DNA from: Polyangiales bacterium
Lineage (GTDB): Bacteria; Myxococcota_A; Polyangia; Polyangiales; Ga0077539
NCBI GenBank assembly: GCA_044229975.1
Contig: JBGARZ010000006.1
Coordinates: 160,001 to 224,000, forward strand
Length of the DNA: 64,000 bases
Reading direction: 5' to 3'
Under the pieces are notes generated by a model. It made no database searches. It worked only from the letters and a program-made list of their open reading frames with translations, and was not told the origin of the DNA. The position numbers and the translations under genes are program-made. Shown here in pieces: positions 45,162 to 55,893 of the stretch. Numbering within the stretch: position 1 is the first letter of the stretch; each line of letters starts with the position of its first letter.

Positions 45162-46394
45162 ATGGCGATACACCTATCTAAAGGGCGGAGGACCTTCGTC
45201 TCTAGCTGCCTTGCCGACATCTCCATCACCAACCTCAAGACGCTCTCGCTTCTCGACTGGCAGTTTCCTGATGCGCGCCCCGGTTGGCACGTTCTGCTCG
45301 GACCCAACGCATCCGGCAAGACCTCCGTCCTTCGCGCCGTCGCTGCGGCGCTCTTGCCTGGCAACGAACTCGGTGCCCTCCGCCAAGACTGGCGAAGTTG
45401 GGTCCGCGAGGGCTCCACCATTGCCACTGTCGCAATCACCGTCCGTGGGTCTCAGATGGCGATGGGATGGCAGATCGACGGCGAGACACTCACCAAGAGC
45501 GGCCACACCTACGACGGCTTCTCGGCCGCCTACGGCCCGTTCCGACGCTTCACAGGAGGCGATTCGGAGTACCAGCGCGAGCTCTCCGCTCACGGCCGCC
45601 TCCTTCGCCACCTCTCGCTCTTCAGCGAGCGCGTCGCCCTGTCCGCCGCCCTCGACTGGCTCAAGGATCTCGAGTTCCGCCTCGCCAAGGATCTCCCCGA
45701 GGGCGCCCTCGCCGCCCCCATCAAGCGCTTCATCAACGAGACGGGGCTCCTCCCCGACGGTGCGCGTCTGGAGCGCGTCGACCCCAACGGTGTGTGGTTC
45801 CGCGACGCCAACGGCGCCGAGGTCCCCGCAGACGACCTGAGCGACGGCTACCGCGCGGTGCTCAGCCTCGCGCTCGACCTTCTGCGCCACCTCGCCGTCG
45901 GTCGCACTCCCGAGGAACTCTTCGTCGAGCGCGACGGCGAACTCTCTGTGGCCGTCGAGGCCGTGGTGCTCATCGACGAGATCGACGCCCACCTCCACCC
46001 GACGTGGCAGCAGCGCATCGGCCCGTGGTTCGTGAAGCGCTTCCCGCGCGTGCAGTTCATCGTCGCGACCCACAGCGCGATCGTCTGCCAGTCGGCCGAC
46101 TCGGTGCTGCTCCTCCCGACCCCCGGAACCAACGACGAACCGCGCATGCTCACCGAAGCCGAGCTTCAGCGCCTTCGCTACGGTGACCTCATCGACGCCT
46201 ACGGCACCGGTGTCTTCGGCGAGGGCGTGACCCGCTCCCCCGAGTCGCGCAAGAAGCTCGCTCGCCTCGCCGCGCTCAACACCACCGAGCTCGAACGCCC
46301 CCTCACCGACGCCGAGCGCGCCGAGCAACTCGACCTGCGAGCGGTGCTTCCCTCGACCGCCTTCGTCGACGAGATGGCAGGCGACGCGTCGTGA
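45162..46394 (+). CDS. ABC/AAA_21 ATPase, PtuA-like defence ATPase (pair 2)
   Basis: GPNASGKT, AAYGPFRR, LSDGYR, VVLIDEIDAHLHPTWQ, ATHS; GTGA overlap with the HNH gene; start approximate. Confidence 0.88.
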   Translation: MAIHLSKGRRTFVSSCLADISITNLKTLSLLDWQFPDARPGWHVLLGPNASGKTSVLRAVAAALLPGNELGALRQDWRSWVREGSTIATVAITVRGSQMAMGWQIDGETLTKSGHTYDGFSAAYGPFRRFTGGDSEYQRELSAHGRLLRHLSLFSERVALSAALDWLKDLEFRLAKDLPEGALAAPIKRFINETGLLPDGARLERVDPNGVWFRDANGAEVPADDLSDGYRAVLSLALDLLRHLAVGRTPEELFVERDGELSVAVEAVVLIDEIDAHLHPTWQQRIGPWFVKRFPRVQFIVATHSAIVCQSADSVLLLPTPGTNDEPRMLTEAELQRLRYGDLIDAYGTGVFGEGVTRSPESRKKLARLAALNTTELERPLTDAERAEQLDLRAVLPSTAFVDEMAGDAS

Positions 46395-47206
46395 TCCGCG
46401 TGGTCGACCCCGGCCTCGACGCTGCGACCCTCGCCCGACTCCGATCTCACCAGGACGAGGTCGATGGTTCGGGCGCCTACCCGACGCAGGTCGAGGCCGC
46501 GGCGCGGATGTACGGCGAGAAGGGCCGCAGCGATCGATCGCCGTTTCGCGAGGTGCGCTCCACCCTGCGCGGGATGTGCAGCGGCCTGGAGCGCTGCATG
46601 TACTGCGAGGACGCGCCGGCCAACGAGGTCGAGCACGTGCGCCCGAAGAGCCTCTACCCCGAGCTCACCTTCCGCTGGGAGAACTTCCTGTACGCGTGCG
46701 GCCCCTGCAACGGACCGAAGAACAACCGCTTCAAGCTGTTCGTCCCCCCAGGAGCGACGTCCGAGCACGAAGCCGCGCGCAAGAGCGGGTCACCCATCGT
46801 CGCTCCACCAACGGGCGACCCCCTGCTGCTCGACCCCCGCGTCGACGACCCCCTCGACTACTTCCTCCTCGACCTCGGCGGAACCTTCCTCTTCGTCGAG
46901 CGTCATCCCGTCGGGAGCCGCGAGCGACGACGCGCCGAGTACACCCTCGCTCTTCTCCGTCTCAATGAGCGCGACGTGTTGGTGAGGGCACGGCGCACCG
47001 CCTTCGGCCACCTCCGCAACGCTCTGCGCAGCTACATCGCGGATCGCGACAACCACGCCGATTCTGTCGAACTCGCCGCGCACGCGGAGACGGTTCGCAA
47101 CACCAACCACGCAACGGTCTGGGCGGAGATGAAGCGTCAACATACGAAGATCGGTAAGCTCAATGAGCTCTTCACCGCAGCCCCCGAAGCGCTTGCCTGG
47201 TCGTAG
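46391..47206 (+). CDS. HNH endonuclease, PtuB/TIGR02646-like (pair 2)
   Basis: RCMYCED...VEHVRPKSLYPELTFRWENFLYACGPCNGPK, LLLDPRVDDP, LLRLNER. Confidence 0.88.
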   Translation: MIRVVDPGLDAATLARLRSHQDEVDGSGAYPTQVEAAARMYGEKGRSDRSPFREVRSTLRGMCSGLERCMYCEDAPANEVEHVRPKSLYPELTFRWENFLYACGPCNGPKNNRFKLFVPPGATSEHEAARKSGSPIVAPPTGDPLLLDPRVDDPLDYFLLDLGGTFLFVERHPVGSRERRRAEYTLALLRLNERDVLVRARRTAFGHLRNALRSYIADRDNHADSVELAAHAETVRNTNHATVWAEMKRQHTKIGKLNELFTAAPEALAWS

Positions 47207-47235
47207 CTGACGCGACGCGACGCCGGTTGATCCCG

Positions 47236-48537
47236 CTACCGCGCGAGCGCGACGCCGCCTGCGAGCCGCGCGGTCACCGAGCGTCGCAGGTTGGCGGGCG
47301 CCCTCTTCAAGATCGCCGGCCACCCATCGAGAGCGCTCCGCACCGTCTGCTTCGCGATCGCGACGAGGCGCGGGGCGCGCGGCACGTTGGCCTTGTCGAT
47401 CAACGCGCGCAGACGCACCCAGTCGAGCTCCGAGAGCGTCCGGTCGACCTTCCGGTTGAGCGCGTACTCGTGCTCGCCGACCTCGTCGAACCACGCCGTC
47501 ACGCACGCGGGGTCGTAGAGCGGAGAGAGCTTCGGCGTCCTCCCGTCGGGGTAGATCAGCGCCCAGTTCTTGAGGTGCGCATCGACGTTGCCCATGAGCG
47601 TGAAGGCCACCAGCCGACGCACGGCCTCCTGCACGTCGCCGCTCGGATTGGACGACAGCCGGTCGAGCAGCGTCAGCATGCGCGGGAAGTCATCGTCCAG
47701 GCCGGTGCCGTACTTCCGCTTCGGGGCGTAGCCCATCGCCTGGGCCATCTCCTCCATGTGAACGCGGCGCCCGCCGTCGCTGCGGTCGAAGCGCTTGACC
47801 GCGAGCACGTGTGGGAACTCCACCCGCTCTGGCAGATCGGCGTCGCGCGCAGGGATGCGGGTCGCCTCGGCGCAGTCGAGGTCGAGCGCCTGCGCGAGCC
47901 GGTAGCCGGTGAGCTCGTTGTCGACGAGGTCGGGGTGACGGGTCGACGGGAGCTTGAGAATGTACGAGCCCGCCTCGCCGCGGCGCCGCGCGACATACCG
48001 ACGCCCGTCCTTGATGGCCGAGAACTTGGTCACCACCCCGGCGAGACTCGCCGCATCTTCGACGGGGCTTTGCACCACCTCGCGCACGACGTGCTCGGCA
48101 CCCACCGCCGCATGCCACGCGACGACCGAGTTCGGCAGCTTCGTCGTGACGGGCACCGGCTCGACCTCGACGGCGCCCATGAGGTCGCGCCCCGCCGCGG
48201 CGAGGAGCTCGAACTCGTCGTCGACATCACACCCGCGCTCGCGGGCGAGGCGCTCGCGGTTGTTCCCTTCGGGGAGCAGGTTGGCGAACCACGTCGGCCA
48301 GCGCCCGTCGACCCGCACGAGCCGCTCGTCGCTCGTTGCTCGGAGAATCGCGCGCGTGGCCTCCTCACTCGCACCGCGATACTGGAGCGAGAGCGTGGGG
48401 CGCATCGGGTCGTCGACGTAGGCGTCGTCGAAGGAGACGCGCAGGTAGTCGCCGAGGCGCGAGAGATAGCCGATGGCCCGCCGCCCGCCGTCGGGGAGGC
48501 GGAGATACAGGCGCAGGTACTGGACGGTCGTCGTCAC
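47236..48537 (-). CDS. hipA: HipA-family toxin kinase
   Basis: Couple_hipA N-domain (WFANLLPEG, DLMGAV), SLAGVVTKF, ILKLP, KRFDR, GNVDAHLKNW, LSPLYD. Confidence 0.92.
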   Translation of the reverse strand: MTTTVQYLRLYLRLPDGGRRAIGYLSRLGDYLRVSFDDAYVDDPMRPTLSLQYRGASEEATRAILRATSDERLVRVDGRWPTWFANLLPEGNNRERLARERGCDVDDEFELLAAAGRDLMGAVEVEPVPVTTKLPNSVVAWHAAVGAEHVVREVVQSPVEDAASLAGVVTKFSAIKDGRRYVARRRGEAGSYILKLPSTRHPDLVDNELTGYRLAQALDLDCAEATRIPARDADLPERVEFPHVLAVKRFDRSDGGRRVHMEEMAQAMGYAPKRKYGTGLDDDFPRMLTLLDRLSSNPSGDVQEAVRRLVAFTLMGNVDAHLKNWALIYPDGRTPKLSPLYDPACVTAWFDEVGEHEYALNRKVDRTLSELDWVRLRALIDKANVPRAPRLVAIAKQTVRSALDGWPAILKRAPANLRRSVTARLAGGVALAR

Positions 48538-48845
48538 GCGACGGGCTTCGTGAGCACGTCGACGATGGAGGGCGGCGCGCCGACCCCGGCGGGCTGCGCG
48601 ATCGCCCGGGCGCCCGCGCGGACGAAGGTCTCGACGGGTTCTTTGTAGGCGCTCGGGACGAGCACGAGGTCGAGGTCGAGCGCCCGCAACAGAACCACCA
48701 GCGTCGACACGCGCGGGTCGATGGTGCCCGCCTCCAGCTTCTGGATGGTCATGCGAGAAACACCAGCGCGCTGCGCGAGCTCCTCCTGACTCAGACCGGC
48801 CGCACGACGCGCATCTCGGATCGCCTTGGCGTGAGAAAAGATCAC
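48534..48845 (-). CDS. hipB: XRE/Cro HTH antitoxin (HipB-like)
   Basis: IRDARRAAGLSQEELAQRAGVSRMTIQKLEAG; GTGA overlap with hipA. Confidence 0.85.
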   Translation of the reverse strand: MIFSHAKAIRDARRAAGLSQEELAQRAGVSRMTIQKLEAGTIDPRVSTLVVLLRALDLDLVLVPSAYKEPVETFVRAGARAIAQPAGVGAPPSIVDVLTKPVA

Positions 48846-48886
48846 GATCGTTAGCTTATCATCCCATAATGCTAACGATCGTGATC
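48840..48886 (-). promoter_or_regulatory. Probable hipBA operator/promoter (16-bp perfect inverted repeat around an extended -10)
   Basis: gatcacgatcgttagc-N15-gctaacgatcgtgatc overlaps the hipB GTG; TGaTAAGCT on the minus strand ends 7 nt before the start codon. Confidence 0.75.
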
Positions 48887-48894
48887 AAAACACC

Positions 48895-49467
48895 TCAATG
48901 CACCCGCGGCGTGGGCTCTGCCTTCGCCAGGATCTCCGCCTCGCGCTCGGCCAGGAAGCCCATGCGCCAGCGCGCCTTCTCCTCGCCGAAGATCTCCTCC
49001 GCCAGCGACGCGAACAGCCGGTGGTGCCTCGCCTCCGACGCGAACAGCTCGCGGTACCACCCGCGCATCGCGTCCGTCGGCGCGTGCGCCGCCAGCAGAC
49101 CGAAGCGCTCGCACGAGCGCGCCTCGATGATCGCCGCCACCGACAGCCGATCGAGCAACGCATCACAGCGCTTGTCCGCCAGCGCCCTCCGCATCGAGCT
49201 CGCGTAGACGTCCTCCGCCGGGGGACGCGCCTCGACGCCGCGAGCCGTCATCGCGTCGTACACCTGCGTGACGTGGCCGAGCTCCTCCTGGGCGAGCGCC
49301 GTGAGCTCGCGCACGAGCCGCGGGTGCATCGCGTAGCGGGCCACCAGCGACGTCGCGTTGGACGCCGCCTTGAGCTCGCAGTGCAGGTGGTCGAGGAGCA
49401 CCGCGTCGAGGTTCGCGAGGGCGACCTCGACCCAGCGCGGGTCGGTGGTGGAGAGCAGTCCGAGCAT
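48895..49467 (-). CDS. miaE: tRNA-(ms2io6A37) hydroxylase MiaE-like ferritin-fold protein
   Basis: LLDHLHCELKAA, EELGH, IIEARSCERF, ASEARHH, C-terminal RVH. Confidence 0.9.
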   Translation of the reverse strand: MLGLLSTTDPRWVEVALANLDAVLLDHLHCELKAASNATSLVARYAMHPRLVRELTALAQEELGHVTQVYDAMTARGVEARPPAEDVYASSMRRALADKRCDALLDRLSVAAIIEARSCERFGLLAAHAPTDAMRGWYRELFASEARHHRLFASLAEEIFGEEKARWRMGFLAEREAEILAKAEPTPRVH

Positions 49468-49497
49468 GGCGCGCGAGGAGTACCATCGACGGTCGCC

Positions 49498-50154
49498 ATG
49501 AAGCACCCACCCAGCACCGCGGTCATCGAGGTCGACCTGCACCACGTGCTGTGGTTCACGCGGGGGAAGGGCTGGGACTACACCTTCCTGCTCTGTCCGC
49601 TGCTGCCGCGCATCGTCGACCCCGTCGACCTCTGCGCGCGCATCTTCGAGGGCCTCACCATCCGCTTCGGGCCGCACTCGATCACGGGGCGCGTGCGGGA
49701 CGGCCATGAGCAGCGGGGATACCTCGCGACGACCTTCTTCGACCCCGTGCGGCGCGACGAGGCCAACCAGCCGGTCGCGCATCACCTCGTGTGGTTTCCG
49801 CCCGACGGGCAGACCCGCCAGGTGGCGCCGACCGACTGGGGACCGCAGCTCGTGGCCGCGATGCGCGCTCCCTACGACGCGGTGTCACCGGTCTTCATGC
49901 AGAGCGTCTTCGGCTTCGATCCGCACCAGCGCATCCGCCAGCTCTTCGCTGCCGAGCTCGCGCACCTCAGCCCTCGCGTGCGGGTCGAGGGGCCTGCGAT
50001 CATGATCTATCGGACCGACGTGGTGCTCGCGGTGGACGAGTCGTTCGCAACGCGGGCGCGCTGGTGGCGGCGTTGGCCGCGACTGGCCGCGGTGCTGGTG
50101 TGGTTGGGCGTGGCGCTGGCGCTGTGGATGATCGGGAAGGTGCTTGGGTGGTAG
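49498..50154 (+). CDS. Hypothetical protein with C-terminal TM anchor
   Basis: ATG at 49498, divergent from miaE; LWFTRGKGWDYTFL N-terminal motif; hydrophobic tail. Confidence 0.65.
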   Translation: MKHPPSTAVIEVDLHHVLWFTRGKGWDYTFLLCPLLPRIVDPVDLCARIFEGLTIRFGPHSITGRVRDGHEQRGYLATTFFDPVRRDEANQPVAHHLVWFPPDGQTRQVAPTDWGPQLVAAMRAPYDAVSPVFMQSVFGFDPHQRIRQLFAAELAHLSPRVRVEGPAIMIYRTDVVLAVDESFATRARWWRRWPRLAAVLVWLGVALALWMIGKVLGW

Positions 50155-50175
50155 GGCCGCGCACTGATGGCGTGA

Positions 50176-50221
50176 GCGGTCTCGTCCCTGGCGGGTAAGG
50201 CCGGGGACTGACGGCCTGGAG
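50176..50221. repeat. Solo degenerate arm of repeat family D
   Basis: gcggtctcgtccctggcgggtaaggccggggactgacggcctggag resembles the 33551-33596 arm; lies between convergent genes. Confidence 0.75.
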
Positions 50222-50228
50222 GGAGGCG

Positions 50229-51869
<1,641 letters not shown>

Positions 51870-51963
51870 GGCGCCCGTTGGATCGCACAACCCACGGATC
51901 GGTCAAGCGCGCTGACACAGTGTCGGCTGTGTCGGGTGTGTCAGCCGCAGTTGCATGCGTTCT

Positions 51964-52086
51964 CTGGGACTTACGCCGCAGCGTCAGCGCGGCGCGCGAT
52001 CGACGTGCCCGCCGCTGACGGTCCGGAACAAGGGACTGCAAGCGTGGCAGTCCCGCGCCGCGCTGACGCTGCGGCGTAAGCCCCAG
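51964..52086. repeat. 33-bp inverted repeat (family B) with internal hairpin
   Basis: ctgggacttacgccgcagcgtcagcgcggcgcg pairs with 52054-52086 (1 mismatch); inner gggactgc/gcagtccc; same core as 18813. Confidence 0.85.
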
Positions 52087-52133
52087 GGACGCACGCACCT
52101 CACGGGCACACTTCGTGAGAAGCGCCGTCTCCC

Positions 52134-53357
52134 ATGAAGATCCGGATGATGGCCTACAAGGGCATTCCGACGCTGTGCATCCCGCATCAGAGCGCCGGCG
52201 TCATCGAGTCGCCCGACCGCGACGTGAAGGTCGGCGCCGCCGCCAACTTCGTCGCGCTCAACGGTGATCAGTGTCCCTGCGCCGCGGGCGGGCCCGACCT
52301 CATCATGGCGGGCATGACGGACATCGTGGTCGGCGATGTTCCGGTCGCGGGGTGGATGCACCACACGTCGCACAACACGTCGTCGCCGATGACGCCCGTC
52401 GCGATGGTCGAGTGGGGCGAGACGTGGATTCTCATGGGCGGCGGGTCGACCGTGGGCAACATCCAGGCTTCGCTCGCGGCGTGCCGGTGCCTCCAGGCGG
52501 GACGCACCAACAAGAGCCCCAACCAGTCGGGTCAGAACTGCGGCGTCGAGTCGATGCGGCAGATCATCAACGCCAAGCGCAAGCGCGAGGGAAAGCCCGA
52601 GCTCAGCGAAGACGAGATGCTCGACGACACGCTGAAGAACGGCGACTCGTACATCACGCCCGACAAGCACGCGCAGTGGGACGCGACGCTCATCCAGAAG
52701 GACAACGAGATCCGCGCGGCCCAGGCGCGCCTCGCCGCCGCCGAGAAGGCCTACGCGGACTCGCAGCACATCTGGAACGCCAACCAGGGCGACGCCGAGA
52801 AGCTCAGGGCGCTGGAGAAGGCGCGACAGACCTACAAGTCCGAGAGCAAGGCGATCCTGGAGGACCCGCGCTCGGGCTCGCTCATCGGCACCGAGACGGA
52901 GCTGCACGAGCAGGCCGCCGAGGCGCGCGAGCGGCAGAAGCAGCGCGCCGAGGCGGCCATGAGCAACGGCGACTACGCCAACAACAAGGACCGCTACTGG
53001 GCCGGCGGCACGCTGCCCGATCAGCAGCGCAGCACGCTCAAGCGCCACGGCATCGAGACCACCGAGGTCAGCCAGGACCCGAGCACCGCCCAGAACATGA
53101 CCGACCTCGAAGACGCCGTCGGCAAGGGCAAGGGCGTGATCATCGGCGTGAAGGCGGGTCAGTTGTGGGGCGACAACACGCAAGGCGGCCACGCCGTGCT
53201 GCTCACGGGCGTGGAGTACGACGAGAACGGTCAGGTGGTCGGCTACGTCACCAACGACACCGCGAAGGGCTGCGGCCGCCGGGTGCCGAAGGACCAGCTC
53301 CGCGGGGCGCTCCGGCCGGAGCTCAACGCCACCGTGACGCGCGACCCGGTCTGGTAG
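52134..53357 (+). CDS. PAAR-like domain fused to a C39-like cysteine peptidase (candidate injected effector)
   Basis: N-terminus with three degenerate PAAR units and Cys/His ligands (CIPH, CPC, TSH); C-terminus QSGQNCG...GGHAVLLTG...TND; directly upstream of vgrG. Confidence 0.72.
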   Translation: MKIRMMAYKGIPTLCIPHQSAGVIESPDRDVKVGAAANFVALNGDQCPCAAGGPDLIMAGMTDIVVGDVPVAGWMHHTSHNTSSPMTPVAMVEWGETWILMGGGSTVGNIQASLAACRCLQAGRTNKSPNQSGQNCGVESMRQIINAKRKREGKPELSEDEMLDDTLKNGDSYITPDKHAQWDATLIQKDNEIRAAQARLAAAEKAYADSQHIWNANQGDAEKLRALEKARQTYKSESKAILEDPRSGSLIGTETELHEQAAEARERQKQRAEAAMSNGDYANNKDRYWAGGTLPDQQRSTLKRHGIETTEVSQDPSTAQNMTDLEDAVGKGKGVIIGVKAGQLWGDNTQGGHAVLLTGVEYDENGQVVGYVTNDTAKGCGRRVPKDQLRGALRPELNATVTRDPVW

Positions 53358-53373
53358 CGGGAAGAGAAGGTCA

Positions 53374-55890
53374 GTGAACATGAATGACGAATCAGGGACG
53401 GCGCTGCGGCGCTTCGAGATCAGCGTTGGGCCCTACGCTTCGGGCGAGCTCGACGTGCGCTCCTTCAAGGGACGCGAGGAGGTCTCGCGACCGTTCAGCT
53501 TCGAGGTCGTGGTCGCGACCACCGTCGACGCCGAGGCGCTCGAAGACGAGCTCCTGGGAGCCGTCGCGCGCTTCACCATCAACCTCCCCGACCACGGCGT
53601 CAGGGTCATCGAAGGCGTGGTCACCGAGCTGCGCGCGCGCGAAGACCTGCTGCCCCACGTGCGCCACCAGTGTCGGCTGCGCATCGAACCGCGGCTGAGC
53701 CTCGCGGCCCTGCGTCGCGACACGCGCATCTTCCAGAACCTCACGGTCACCGAGATCATCGACGCCGTGCTGCGCGAGCATCACGTCGAGTGCGAGTGGC
53801 GCCTCGACGCGCGCTACCCCGCGCGCACCTACTGCGTGCAGTACGAGGAGAGCGACCTCGCGTTCGTGCAGCGATTGCTGGCCGAGGAGGGGATCTTCTA
53901 CGTGTTCGCGCCGCCGTCGGATGATGGCCGCGAGCGCATCGTGTGCCTCGACGTGGCCGAAGGGTACGAGGCCATCGAAGGCGACCCGACGCTCATCTAC
54001 CAGGAGGCCGAGGGGATGGTCGGCGGCAGCGAGCACGTGCACCGCTTCAAGCTGGAGCGGCGGGTGCGTTCGGGCTCCGTCGCGCTGCACGACTTCGACT
54101 TCGAGCGGCCCTCCCTCGACCTCTCCGCGAAGGACCGCCTGGAGGCGCCCGCGAAGCGCGTCGACGAGCGCGCGCTGGAGGTCTACGAGCACCACGGCGA
54201 GCACCACGACCCTGATGTTCGGCGCACGCTCGTGCGCGGGATGCTCGGTGGACTGCGCGCTGATGCGACGCTGGCGACGGGCCGCAGCGGTTGCCGGAGA
54301 CTGGCGCCTGGGAAGACGTTTACGCTCGTCGAGCACGAGGTGGCGCGGCTCAACCAGCGCTACGCGGTGACGGCGCTGACGCACGAGGGGCACTGCGGCG
54401 AGGCGGCCGAGCGGGAGGAGCGCGGGTCCAAGGAGCTCGCGCTGCGACCGACGTACGAGAACCGCTTCGAGTGTGTTCCGGCGGAGGTGGCGTATCGCCC
54501 GGCGAGGGGCGAGCGGCGTCGCGCGCAGGTGGTGGAGACGGCGACGGTGGTGGGCCCGGCGGGCGAGGAGATCTACGTCGACCCGCTCGGGCGCATCAAG
54601 GTGCAGTTTCACTGGGACCGCCACGGAAAGAACGACGAGAGCAGCTCATGCTGGATCCGCGTGGCGCAGGCGTGGGCGGGCGCGGGGTGGGGGTTTCAGT
54701 TCATCCCGCGCATCGGGATGGAGGTGCTGGTGACCTTCCTCGGCGGCGACCTCGACCGGCCGATGGTGACGGGTTGTGTGTTCAACGGCGAGCACCCGCT
54801 GCCGTACGCGCTGCCCGGCCAGAAGACCCGCAGCGGGATTCGTACGTCGAGCACGCCGGGCAACGACGGCTCCAACGAGCTGCGCTTCGACGACGCGAAG
54901 GGGCGCGAGCAGGTCTACGTGCACGCCGAGCGCGACTACGACCAGGTGGTGGAGAACAACCGCAGCGACGTCACGCACGGCCACGAGACGCGCGTCGTCG
55001 ACAAGAACCGCAGCCGCACCGTTCGCGGCCACGAGACGGTGGCCATCGGGCACTCGCAGAAGGTGAGCGTCGACGGCGACCACGTACGCACCGTGAAGGG
55101 CAACGAGGTGGTGACGGTTCATCGCAACCTGGTGATGCACATCCTCGGTCACCAGGTGATCCACATCGACGGCAACGCGGCCGAGGGGACCGCGGACGAC
55201 GACGCGGCGGACGGAGCGACGGCGGCCGCGGCGGCGAGCAAGCTCGCGGCGGCGGCGGCGGGTCACGCGACGGGCGGCACCGGAGCGCGCGGTGGGGGAG
55301 CGGGTGACGTCGACGAGGTGGACTCGACGCGCATCCCGACGAGCGAGGTGCTGTCGCGGATGATGGCGATGCCGAAGATGACCGAGGCGCTCAACGCCAT
55401 CGCCGAGGAGCCGCGGGTGGCCGAGGCGCTCGCGGGCCTGGCGGGTCACTCGAAGCTCGTGGAGGTGCTCACGACGGTGGCGGGCGAGCCGAAGGTGCAG
55501 GAGGCGATGAAGGTCATTGGCAGCAAGACGACGGCGGCGCTGCTGCTGCGCGGGCGCTCGCTGGTGCGCGGCAAGAGCGACCCGGCGCAGCTGGTGGCGG
55601 AGCTGCGGCCCGACAGCGTGGACATCCCCGAGAGCGTGGTGCGCGATGTGACCGAGGCGGCGAAGCGCGGCGTGGTGCGCGGCGGCGGCGGTGCGATCAA
55701 CGCGTTTTCAAGGGACTTCAAGGATCCGAAGCACTCGTCGATGACCATCAACGGGAAGGGCGACATCGACGCGTCGGAGGGCTTCAAGATTTCGGCGGGC
55801 GGGTCGTTCATCGAGGTGACGCCCGCGGGCATCACCATCAAGGGCCCGATCGTCACCATCGACGGCCACCCCATCAAGCTCAACTGCTGA
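53374..55890 (+). CDS. vgrG: VgrG (TssI) spike protein with internal C-terminal insertion
   Basis: YCVQYEESDLAFVQRLLAEEGI, DFDFERP, GRIKVQFHWDR, SSCWIRVAQAWAG, IPRIGMEVLVTF, gp5-type beta-helix repeats, terminal GITIKGPIVTI...LNC. Confidence 0.95.
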   Translation: MNMNDESGTALRRFEISVGPYASGELDVRSFKGREEVSRPFSFEVVVATTVDAEALEDELLGAVARFTINLPDHGVRVIEGVVTELRAREDLLPHVRHQCRLRIEPRLSLAALRRDTRIFQNLTVTEIIDAVLREHHVECEWRLDARYPARTYCVQYEESDLAFVQRLLAEEGIFYVFAPPSDDGRERIVCLDVAEGYEAIEGDPTLIYQEAEGMVGGSEHVHRFKLERRVRSGSVALHDFDFERPSLDLSAKDRLEAPAKRVDERALEVYEHHGEHHDPDVRRTLVRGMLGGLRADATLATGRSGCRRLAPGKTFTLVEHEVARLNQRYAVTALTHEGHCGEAAEREERGSKELALRPTYENRFECVPAEVAYRPARGERRRAQVVETATVVGPAGEEIYVDPLGRIKVQFHWDRHGKNDESSSCWIRVAQAWAGAGWGFQFIPRIGMEVLVTFLGGDLDRPMVTGCVFNGEHPLPYALPGQKTRSGIRTSSTPGNDGSNELRFDDAKGREQVYVHAERDYDQVVENNRSDVTHGHETRVVDKNRSRTVRGHETVAIGHSQKVSVDGDHVRTVKGNEVVTVHRNLVMHILGHQVIHIDGNAAEGTADDDAADGATAAAAASKLAAAAAGHATGGTGARGGGAGDVDEVDSTRIPTSEVLSRMMAMPKMTEALNAIAEEPRVAEALAGLAGHSKLVEVLTTVAGEPKVQEAMKVIGSKTTAALLLRGRSLVRGKSDPAQLVAELRPDSVDIPESVVRDVTEAAKRGVVRGGGGAINAFSRDFKDPKHSSMTINGKGDIDASEGFKISAGGSFIEVTPAGITIKGPIVTIDGHPIKLNC

Positions 55891-55893
55891 CCG

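Noticed and set aside
43938..46394. 818-aa fusion ORF ending in the ATPase
   Set aside because: The first half is an off-frame shadow of the acyl-CoA dehydrogenase plus intergenic repeats; the ATPase starts near 45162.
51911..51945. Short gctgacac...gtgtcagc inverted repeat upstream of fumA
   Set aside because: The arms are only about 8 bp; it could be an operator but is too weak to call without comparative data.
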